Shown piece by piece: positions 41,801-48,686 of a DNA stretch of 64,000 bases (positions are counted from its first letter, which is position 1; each line of letters opens with the position of its first letter). Location: NCBI RefSeq assembly GCF_030269445.1, contig NZ_BSTJ01000015.1, forward strand, positions 132,649 through 196,648, in the 5' to 3' direction. Source of the stretch: Actinoallomurus iriomotensis (lineage in GTDB: Bacteria; Actinomycetota; Actinomycetes; Streptosporangiales; Streptosporangiaceae). The notes beneath the pieces were generated by a model that saw nothing but the letters and a program-made list of their open reading frames with translations, was not told where the DNA came from and did not search any database. Position numbers and translations under genes: made by a program.

Positions 41801-42109
41801 TGCCTGAAGACCAAGGACAGCGGCGTACGGTTCACCGCCCCGGTCCCCGCCGACGGCGTCTACACCGTCCGCCTCCGCTACGCCAATGCCATGGGCGCGA
41901 CCCAGACCATGTCCCTCACCAGCGGCACGCGAACCGTCCAACTCGGGCTGCCGAACCTGGCCACCTGGGACGTCTGGTCGGACCACCAGGTCAGCCTCCC
42001 CCTGAGCCAGGCCGCCCCGCTGAACTTCGTGTTCGGCCCGAACGACGACGGCAACGTCAACCTCGACTCCATCACCCTCGAACCCGACCCAGGCGTCATC
42101 CGCCGGTAG
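38807..42109 (+). CDS. Secreted GH97-family glycosidase with long C-terminal extension ending in a CBM6/CBM35-like beta-sandwich
   Basis: Signal peptide MKRDGTEWRRRRVGLLAMTAALLVSGGVVAPQVQAQ. GH97-type HEAIKPTGLARTYPNMMTGEGVAGMEQQ. The C-terminal about 130 aa is CBM-like (YTGTGFVACLKT...YTVRLRYANAMG...NVNLDSITLEP). The GH97 family assignment is from memory of the motifs. Confidence 0.75.
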   Translation: MKRDGTEWRRRRVGLLAMTAALLVSGGVVAPQVQAQTRAEKPAAPSGLVEVAGKGAQVVDSPDGDLRVAVTSDGGRLTYSVRKRDRVLVGASGLGVDLAGRPSLTQGMSIKSVERHTIDETWKPVWGTSSTVRNHARELTVHAVQAGTGFELDLVFRVFDDGVGFRYHFPGQPGLGAYTVTAEQTEFALDPGARSWSIAAGTTWSADEQHYRDLPLSAVATAQTPITASPAADAYVVVHEADLTDYPSMTLKAVPGQPGRFSSDLISLPDGTKAKLNGEFATPWRTLTVGDRPGDLGESHLTENLNDPCAICDDTSWIKPATYTGVWWELQRRETTWNAGPKHGATTARVKQYIDLAKQAGAKFVLAEGWNTNSGGAWTGQDFLTPQADFDLPEVLRYAKANGVGFIAHNETRGDVDYYDQNMEKIFSRYEELGIHGIKTGYATKFVLGGVNRSHYDQEAVRHFQRVIDTAARHHIMVDAHEAIKPTGLARTYPNMMTGEGVAGMEQQNYMGVNGNPPAQATILPFTRYMGGPADYTPGVLNVTWDPAHLGTRVQTTSAAQLALYPTFFSPLQMLADTPENYAAHPGFAFLKDMPTTWDETRVLDSAIGDYTTTARRKGDTWYLGAITDENDRTLQVPLSFLSHGTFVAEIYADAQETTWKGDPLPVEIRRTLVKPSTRLSMSLVAAGGQAVKLRPATAADLADLPWYAAPRAGYGTTQAVLDPATQQLTVKVPLTNGGSTVAAFEAQVFLDGRPAGEARRVRVAGGGTRTVEWTLPAAEVPDRDFRVAVGAPGGEHGKPVPVEQTRSVLDLVRELHKSGEVTSSALARLQPAINRAETTLRQGDPTGRLLALQDVRLALYDLPLTDVTAPARTAIDYRLAPRLGAPQGLFSLALKVRQATDTGAVDSALSGRLASEVKAAVAAAVAKNPGDMREALGRFTTLVEAGPVTPDAAADLLAAGRMLATAPRTIEAESAQLLGAACRRTDHTGYTGTGFVACLKTKDSGVRFTAPVPADGVYTVRLRYANAMGATQTMSLTSGTRTVQLGLPNLATWDVWSDHQVSLPLSQAAPLNFVFGPNDDGNVNLDSITLEPDPGVIRR

Positions 42110-42139
42110 CCATGCCGGTCATGCGGTAGCGCCGCCGTC

Positions 42140-42180
42140 CCGGGTGCCGGTAGATCTCCACGAGATCTACCGGCACCCGG
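42140..42180. terminator. Perfect 19-bp-stem hairpin (CCGGGTGCCGGTAGATCTC-cac-GAGATCTACCGGCACCCGG) 30 bp after the GH97 stop
   Basis: Read directly. It is very stable and has no U-tract. Probable terminator and left boundary of the lower-GC block. Confidence 0.6.
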
Positions 42181-42479
42181 CTTCGTGGTCAGGCGCCGAG
42201 GTGCCGCGCGGCGGAGTGGATCCTCATGGCGGGCGCCGGACGCCCAGCGCACGCCATTCCCACCCTCATTAAGGACATGCCGAAATCGACATTTAATTAC
42301 ACGCGGCGAGTCCGGTCCTCATGAGCTCCATGCGTCCAACCGAGGGACGCCCGCCTATTGCGAATAGCGGCAGCGGCAAAACCCCGACCGGGGATCCGAT
42401 GGAGATTCCGTTAAGCTTCTTATCTCTCCGCTTCTTCGACGTTATCGTGGTTTGGGGTCGGCAAAGGGGGAGTCCTCAC

Positions 42480-43295
42480 ATGTTGCGGCAGACCAGGTGG
42501 TTGACGGTCGCCGCGCTGCTGGGAGCCGCGGTCTGCGGCCCGGCCGTCTCCCCCGCCCACGCCGATCCCGCCGGAGACGCCCAGACGCTTTACTGCGCGA
42601 AACCGGGAAACAAGCGTCCGCTTGTGGACACCGCGGTGGCGCTGGGCCTGGCCGGCCGGGGAACTCATGACAAGCCGCTTAAGGTCAACGGCCGCGATTA
42701 CGCGGTCAAGGACTGGCGGCAGGCCTTCCCCCTCGATTTCGGCCGTGCCTGTGCCGCGCTCGTCGCGGTCCGGAAATTGCCGGAGACCTCGAGCGGCTGG
42801 ACCGGCGAGCTGGTCAAGACGGTGATCGGGCTGATCCCCGTCGGGGTCGGCGCGCTGCTCGCGCTCGGCTCCGGCATGCTGACCACACGGAAGGCGAGCG
42901 CGGAGAGGGCGGCGGGAGAGCTGCACGCCGCGGCGACGGCCTACGAGCGGGCCTGCCGCGACTGCCTGATCGGCTGGCGCCGAGGCCAGGGGCGGTCGCT
43001 CGAAGCGGCCATGGACGCACCGCTCAGCGGGCTGCTGGCCGACCTCCAGCGCCGCAAGAGCCGTCATCCCCGATGGAGACTCGAACGGCTGATCACGGCG
43101 ATCAGAATCCTCGACCGGGACATCCGCGAGGCCGACTGGCCGACCGAGCCCGCGCGGCTGAGACAGGACGCGCAGCGGCTCCTGGACCGGCTGGAGGCAC
43201 GGCACGCCGACGCCATGGAGGTCGTCTCCCGGCTGGACCGCCCCTGGCGGTGGTACGGCCCGGTGCGGACCGAGCACGACGAGACACCGCCATGA
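42480..43295 (+). CDS. Signal-peptide + single-TM protein with a small Cys-containing extracytoplasmic domain and a helical cytoplasmic tail; first gene of the three-gene NTPase module
   Basis: AAAGGGGGAG RBS. Signal peptide MLRQTRWLTVAALLGAAVCGPAVSPAHA. TM helix TVIGLIPVGVGALLALGSGMLTT. The stop overlaps the next ATG (ATGA). Confidence 0.55.
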   Translation: MLRQTRWLTVAALLGAAVCGPAVSPAHADPAGDAQTLYCAKPGNKRPLVDTAVALGLAGRGTHDKPLKVNGRDYAVKDWRQAFPLDFGRACAALVAVRKLPETSSGWTGELVKTVIGLIPVGVGALLALGSGMLTTRKASAERAAGELHAAATAYERACRDCLIGWRRGQGRSLEAAMDAPLSGLLADLQRRKSRHPRWRLERLITAIRILDRDIREADWPTEPARLRQDAQRLLDRLEARHADAMEVVSRLDRPWRWYGPVRTEHDETPP

Positions 43296-44212
43296 GCCAC
43301 CCCGACGAGCGCGTCAATCCCTTCTGCCGGGACGAGGGGCACACCATGCCCAACCCGCCGCTGAAGTGCCTCCATCCCGAGAGCTGCACGTGCCACGTCG
43401 ACGTCGACCATGCCGGCGAGAGCTACGAGCTCTTCCGGACCGCGCTGAACGGCGTCGGGACGCTCCAGCAGACCGGCCTTTTCGTCGCGGTGGGCGGCCC
43501 CACCGGCTGCGGCAAGACCTCGCTGGTCAACCGGTGCGCCGTCTGGGCCCAGCGACACCTGGAGGACAAGGGCGTCAAGACCCTTCCGCTCAACTTCAGC
43601 GGCCTCGAACGCGACGGGCAGACCATCGACCGGCGCGTCCGCAAGGTGGGCACCAGGATGTACCGGGCGGTCTCGCGCAACCAGCAGCTCGTCGAGGGCG
43701 ACCTCCCGCAGATCGACTGGACGGCCGACCTGGAGGAGCTCACGTTCACGCTGAGCACGACCATGAAGCCCGAGACCGCTCTGATCGTCGTCGCCCCACC
43801 GGCCGAGCGGTCCTCCGAGGTCGCCGAATACTGGGCGGCGACGCAGCGGAAGATGCTGGTGTTCTCCGAATCGGCCGACGAAAGCCTCCAGCGACGCAAG
43901 AACGAATGGAAGATCAATGAAGTGGCGCAGCCGATCTACTTGAGGACCGGACCGCTACGACCAGGCGACGGCGCCGTCTTCCGCAATGCCAGAATCAATG
44001 TTCCGGGCCTGAAGAAAACCTTTCCCGATCTGGCACCCGACGCCATTGACGCACTCACTGGAGGTCAAGAGTTGTCCATCGGATTTGTGCAGACGTTGCT
44101 ATGGAAGATCTACGAACATTATAAGAGTAATCCGTGGCCGACCGGAGATATAGTAACACTGGATGACTTGACGAGCTTCATAGCGGGCGAGCTGGAGGGG
44201 CGGGCGGGATAG
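43292..44212 (+). CDS. P-loop NTPase with Cys/His-rich N-terminus (306 aa), Walker B apparently degenerate
   Basis: CRDEGHTMPNPPLKCLHPESCTCHVDVDH is a possible Zn ligand set. Walker A VAVGGPTGCGKTSLVN. No clean hhhhDE motif (MLVFSESADE). The 3' half is only about 50% GC. Confidence 0.6.
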   Translation: MSHPDERVNPFCRDEGHTMPNPPLKCLHPESCTCHVDVDHAGESYELFRTALNGVGTLQQTGLFVAVGGPTGCGKTSLVNRCAVWAQRHLEDKGVKTLPLNFSGLERDGQTIDRRVRKVGTRMYRAVSRNQQLVEGDLPQIDWTADLEELTFTLSTTMKPETALIVVAPPAERSSEVAEYWAATQRKMLVFSESADESLQRRKNEWKINEVAQPIYLRTGPLRPGDGAVFRNARINVPGLKKTFPDLAPDAIDALTGGQELSIGFVQTLLWKIYEHYKSNPWPTGDIVTLDDLTSFIAGELEGRAG

Positions 44213-44214
44213 TT

Positions 44215-46464
44215 GTGATGAATGCCCCTAATGCGCGCCAAGAACAGCTAATTGACGACAATCCCTTCCCTCGACCCTCAGCCGATCCCTGGGCGCTCGG
44301 CGTCGACGTGGTCAGCGTGCCGACGCCGGCGATCGACGAGGCGATGCGGCTGCTCGACGCCCACCTCGCCGAAGACGGCACCGAGGGTGTCGTGCTGGCG
44401 GTCTCCGGCGACTACGGCACCGGAAAGACCCACCTGGCGACCCAGTTACTCCGCAAGGTGCGCTCATCGCACGGCGACGACGCACGCTACGCCTATGTGG
44501 GCGCGCAGGAGGGCGGGTTTCACACTCTTTATCGCGGCAACTATCTTGCAACTTTCAATCGCGACGACGTGATCCGCCATATCCGCGAATATTACGCCCA
44601 CATCGTGGCCGACTCGCTGGAGAATACCGGATTCCCTCCTGAGGTCACTCGTCGCCTGCGCGAGCTGGAGATCGATCCACAGCATTTCGTCACGCAGTTC
44701 AATCTGGCCGAGAGCACCTTCCTGCAACGACTCAACGCGGATCTGGCGAAGGTCACCCGGAATGAGGAGTACGGCACCGCCCTCATGCTCCTGCTCCGCA
44801 ACGACCTGGCCGATCAGGTCTGGGAGTGGCTGCGAGGAGAGGAGCCCGATCCCCTGCTCCGCGAGCGGGGCATCACCAGCCGGATCGACGACGAGCCACG
44901 TGCGCTCGAGGCGATGGGCGTGCTGGCGCTCCTCTACCGCGGCCGCTCGCGCCACTTCGTCCTCGTCTTCGACGAACTGGAGAAGGTGCTTCCGAGTTCG
45001 AGCCGTCCCCCCGCGGAGACCATCGCGGCGTTCCGCGCGCTGACCGACCTCGCGACGCGCCAGGGGATCTTCCTCGTGCTCTGCGGCCTGCCGGAGTTCC
45101 TGGAGGCGATCGGCCAGAACAACGCCGAACACGCCATCACGGCGACGATCTCCACCGACGACGGCCTGTCGGCGGAACAGGTGCTCGACTACATCGACAA
45201 GAGCATGGCCGCCACGCGCTACGGGCCGGGGCTGGGTCCCTTCAGCGCGGAGATCATCCAGTTCATCTACCTGCTCACCGGGGGCAACGCTCGCCGGATC
45301 ATCCAGATCTGCCAGTCGTGCTACCGCATGTCGCTCGACACCGGCCGGGTCGACCGATTGATGGTCCGCCGGGCGGCGAAAGGCAAGTCCGAGGTCGTCG
45401 ACGAACGTACGGTCCGCAAGCAGATCGCCACCGAGCTGCAGAAACAGGCTCGCGAGTACCACACCGACCACCCGGTCGGCGGCGAGGACGGCCCCCGCGC
45501 CCCCTACTGGGTCCCCGTCTACGACACGGGGTGCGCGATCTTCCTCACCGACTCGGTCCTGGACGAGGCCGACGCCCAGCGGTTGATCGCCAACGCCAGG
45601 GCGGTCCGTACGACGGCTCCCCGCAGCAGGACCGCGCTCATCGTCAACGGCTTCCTGGCCGACCCGGTGCGCCGGGACCTGGAGGAGAGTTTCTCCGAGC
45701 CGCCTCTCATCTTCGCCAGGGAGCGGTTCTCCGAAGACTTCGAGTCGCTCCTGCGCCGGTTGACCGGGCCGCTGGAGGCCGCCGAGGGCGAGACGGCCGT
45801 GATCCGGGCCAACATCAGCCGGCTCGCGGCGGCGCAGACCAACGCGCAGCGCTATCTGGAGGAGCTCGCGCTCCAGGTCGAGTCGATGCGCGACACCACC
45901 GAACGCCAGTACGCCGCCCTGGCCCGCGATCTGCAGGACCTCGATCCGCGCCGCCGCCACCGGCCGCTGCCCGAGCACGTTGAAGTGATCTTCACGGAGG
46001 TGGTCACCGAACTGAAGGCGCTGACCGGCCTGGACGCCGCCCTCGGCGAGCTGTTCGGCGCCGAGTCGCCGGGGAGCGTGAGCGGCGTCCTGCTGCGGCT
46101 GCACAGCAGCGAGGCCGTGCGCACGGTCGGCGTCGCGAAGCTCACCGAGGCGTTGATCGCGGCCTTCCGTACCGCGGTCGAGGACTGGTACGGGCAGCTG
46201 GACGGTGCGACGCCCAGCGCGCGGCAGCTCGAACGGCTGGCCGTCTTCTGCCGCGCCTTCGACACGGTGCTGGAGGAGCTGCCGGTCTACCAGCTGAACA
46301 CGCTCAACGACCTGCTCGCGCGACCCTCATCGCGGACCGCGGTCATCGAGCAACGCACCCGGTCTCGTCGGCAGGCCGACATGTACGTGCTGCTCAGCGA
46401 GCTCGGGCACCGCGTCCGGCAGGCCTTCTCGGCCACCGGCCCCGGCGGGCTCCACGGCCGCTGA
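44215..46464 (+). CDS. AAA+ / Orc1-Cdc6-like P-loop ATPase, 749 aa, C-terminal 400 aa without recognisable domain
   Basis: Walker A AVSGDYGTGKTHLATQL. Walker B HFVLVFDELEK. Sensor-2-like TGGNARRIIQICQ. The start follows the previous stop by 2 nt. The 5' region is AT-rich (aat/caa/att codons). Confidence 0.7.
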   Translation: MMNAPNARQEQLIDDNPFPRPSADPWALGVDVVSVPTPAIDEAMRLLDAHLAEDGTEGVVLAVSGDYGTGKTHLATQLLRKVRSSHGDDARYAYVGAQEGGFHTLYRGNYLATFNRDDVIRHIREYYAHIVADSLENTGFPPEVTRRLRELEIDPQHFVTQFNLAESTFLQRLNADLAKVTRNEEYGTALMLLLRNDLADQVWEWLRGEEPDPLLRERGITSRIDDEPRALEAMGVLALLYRGRSRHFVLVFDELEKVLPSSSRPPAETIAAFRALTDLATRQGIFLVLCGLPEFLEAIGQNNAEHAITATISTDDGLSAEQVLDYIDKSMAATRYGPGLGPFSAEIIQFIYLLTGGNARRIIQICQSCYRMSLDTGRVDRLMVRRAAKGKSEVVDERTVRKQIATELQKQAREYHTDHPVGGEDGPRAPYWVPVYDTGCAIFLTDSVLDEADAQRLIANARAVRTTAPRSRTALIVNGFLADPVRRDLEESFSEPPLIFARERFSEDFESLLRRLTGPLEAAEGETAVIRANISRLAAAQTNAQRYLEELALQVESMRDTTERQYAALARDLQDLDPRRRHRPLPEHVEVIFTEVVTELKALTGLDAALGELFGAESPGSVSGVLLRLHSSEAVRTVGVAKLTEALIAAFRTAVEDWYGQLDGATPSARQLERLAVFCRAFDTVLEELPVYQLNTLNDLLARPSSRTAVIEQRTRSRRQADMYVLLSELGHRVRQAFSATGPGGLHGR

Positions 46465-47517
46465 GGGGACGAGCCGGGCGTACGCCGTGTTGCTCACGAG
46501 ATAGAGCAGGTTGATGACCAGGATGGCGGGGGCGACCACGGCCACCGTCCCGGCGAACGCGGGTTCGAGGAGCAACGCCAGCACGATCGCCGTGATGCCG
46601 TTCTGCTGCGCCAGTGCCAGGTACACCATGTCGCCGCTGCTCTGCGAACGTGTCAGCGGAAGGCTGACGACCGCCTGGGCGCCGAACGCCGCGAGCCCCA
46701 GGACGAGCCCGGCTCCGGGCGAGATCCCGAGCGAGAGGATCAGGCCGAGCAGACCCGTGGCCAGGACGAAGGCGAGATCGACGGCCCGGTCCAGCAGCCG
46801 GCCGACGGCGCGCGGCCGGCCGGGGATGACCGGCCGCACCGCCAGGCCGACGAGGGCCACGGCCAGCACCCACACCTGCCAGATCGCGACGGCGACCGTG
46901 CCGGCGAGCAGGAGACAGGTGACCGCCAGCCGGGGCCACGGACGGAACCGCCGGACCCACCGGTAGGCCAGGAACACCGCGCCGGCCAGCAGCACGTTGC
47001 CCAGAAGGTCGAGGGCGAAGGACCCGGGTCCGCCGAGGTTCAGCGCGGCGGCCGACCCGCCGTGCCGCGCCGACAGCGCCAGCGCCCCGACATAGATCGT
47101 GAGGAGCGTCGTGACGGGGTCGTCGAAGGACGCCCACGCGAGGAGCAGGCCACGTCCGCGCGCGGAGAGCCGGGAGGAGCCGCCGAGGGCCACCACCGAC
47201 AGCGGGTCGATCTGCGCCACGGCGATGCCGAGCACCAGCGAGCCGGGCCTGGGGAAGAACGCGAGCATGACGGCGCTGATCAACGCGGCTTTCAACAGGA
47301 CGCCCACCGTGACGGCGAGCACGACCGTACGCAGGTCGCCGCGCAGGTGCTCGAGGTCGATGGCGTGCGTGCTGCCGTAGAGGCCCAGCGCGAGAAGCCC
47401 CGTCACCACCGCCGGGTAGTAACCGCTGTTGAGCAGCGCCCCGACATGTCCGAAGTATCCGCCTGCGAGAGCGCCTAATCCGACTATTACGAGCATTAAC
47501 GCAAATCGCTTCGCCAT
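46327..47517 (-). CDS. Cation:proton antiporter (CPA/Na+-H+ exchanger family)
   Basis: 11-12 TM, Gly/Ala-rich helices. The start was moved to ATG MAKRFALMLVIV. Its 3' end overlaps the convergent ATPase gene by about 138 bp. Confidence 0.7.
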   Translation of the reverse strand: MAKRFALMLVIVGLGALAGGYFGHVGALLNSGYYPAVVTGLLALGLYGSTHAIDLEHLRGDLRTVVLAVTVGVLLKAALISAVMLAFFPRPGSLVLGIAVAQIDPLSVVALGGSSRLSARGRGLLLAWASFDDPVTTLLTIYVGALALSARHGGSAAALNLGGPGSFALDLLGNVLLAGAVFLAYRWVRRFRPWPRLAVTCLLLAGTVAVAIWQVWVLAVALVGLAVRPVIPGRPRAVGRLLDRAVDLAFVLATGLLGLILSLGISPGAGLVLGLAAFGAQAVVSLPLTRSQSSGDMVYLALAQQNGITAIVLALLLEPAFAGTVAVVAPAILVINLLYLVSNTAYARLVPSAAVEPAGAGGREGLPDAVPELAEQHVHVGLPTRPGALLDDRGPR

Positions 47518-47606
47518 GGCGCCGGACACTTCCCGCGAGCAGGGGACAAAGACAATGACGACGCTGTCGTTTCGAGTGTAGAATATTGTCAGACCGACGG
47601 CAATTG

Positions 47607-48686
47607 TTACTGTCCGAAACTCGCCCCGGCGCCGACAAGGCCGGCCACGAGTTCGCCCATTCTCCGGTCGGCCTGACTCACGCGCTTCTGGTTGACGGTC
47701 ACCCCGACGAGGTAGTCGCGGGGGCCGAGGCGGTAGTAGTAGACGGCGCCCTGTTCGACGTCCAGCACGATGCGCAGCATCCGGCCGCGAACCGCCTGCC
47801 GGGCGAGTTGGCTCAGCTGCCGGGTGAACGTGACGAACCCCTCGGCCGTGCGCCGGTAGAGCGTCCGCATCGCCGGAGGCGGCAGATGCGCCGGCCGCAG
47901 CGCGACGACCTGCTCGTGGTCGAGGAGGTCCGCCTCCGCGACGATGTCTCCCGACCGGCAGTGCGCGAGGTAGACGAGTTCGTCCGGTCTGAGCAGGTCG
48001 GGCAGCCGGCCACCCAGCGTGGACAGCGGCGAGCTCCGTCGCTGGACCGCGGATCGGAAGGTCTCGTCGTTCGCCGGTTCGTCCGCCGACGGCGCGTTCG
48101 CCGCCGGCATGGTGCTCTTCCAGCCGCCGGGGTTCTGGGACGGGATCCCGAGCCGGTCGCGGAGCCCGTCGACGATGCCGCTGACGAACACATCGGCGTC
48201 GCGGACGAGACCGACCTGCGGCAACACCCGGGCCGTCCGGCCCTTCACGGCGGCGGCGGCTCCGAAGACGATCGCCAGGACGTAGTTCTTCGGCGTGACC
48301 GACATGCAGAACATGGCCCCGCGCTCCGCGTGCAGCACCATGCGGATCAGCCGGCCCGTCTCGAGGTCGTTCAGCTGCTGGTCCAGGGCGGTCATCATGA
48401 AGGCGAGCTGCTGCCCGGCCGCCTGGTAGAAGTGGCGCCGGTCCGGCGACGCGTCGGAGCCGGCCGAGAAGAGCTCCCCGTCGTCGAGCACGTCCACGGC
48501 GAACTCATAGACGCCGTGGTCGTACTTGGCCAGGTAGTGCGGACCTCCCTGCCGGCATACGTAGTCGTGAAAAGTGCTGACCGTAACCTGCTCGATGCTG
48601 CGGCTGCCCGTCCATTCATGGACACTCGCACGAGTTGTGCGAAGCTCCCCCATTGCCGCCTCCTTCGAAAACCCGCTTTTCCCCAT
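47607..48686 (-). CDS. Tandem roadblock/LC7 (MglB-like) domain protein
   Basis: Two repeats of the roadblock pattern (RLIRMVLHAERGAMFCMSV..NYVLAIVF and RMLRIVLDVEQGAVYYYRL..DYLVGVTV) with a Pro/Ala linker. Its ATG shares one nucleotide with the STAND gene stop (TGATG). Confidence 0.5.
   Translation of the reverse strand: MGKSGFSKEAAMGELRTTRASVHEWTGSRSIEQVTVSTFHDYVCRQGGPHYLAKYDHGVYEFAVDVLDDGELFSAGSDASPDRRHFYQAAGQQLAFMMTALDQQLNDLETGRLIRMVLHAERGAMFCMSVTPKNYVLAIVFGAAAAVKGRTARVLPQVGLVRDADVFVSGIVDGLRDRLGIPSQNPGGWKSTMPAANAPSADEPANDETFRSAVQRRSSPLSTLGGRLPDLLRPDELVYLAHCRSGDIVAEADLLDHEQVVALRPAHLPPPAMRTLYRRTAEGFVTFTRQLSQLARQAVRGRMLRIVLDVEQGAVYYYRLGPRDYLVGVTVNQKRVSQADRRMGELVAGLVGAGASFGQ

Noticed and set aside
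43073-43291. 73-aa N-terminal extension of ORF 43073..44212
   Set aside because: It overlaps the upstream gene in another frame and is Arg/Gly/Pro junk. The ATG at 43292 gives ATGA coupling.
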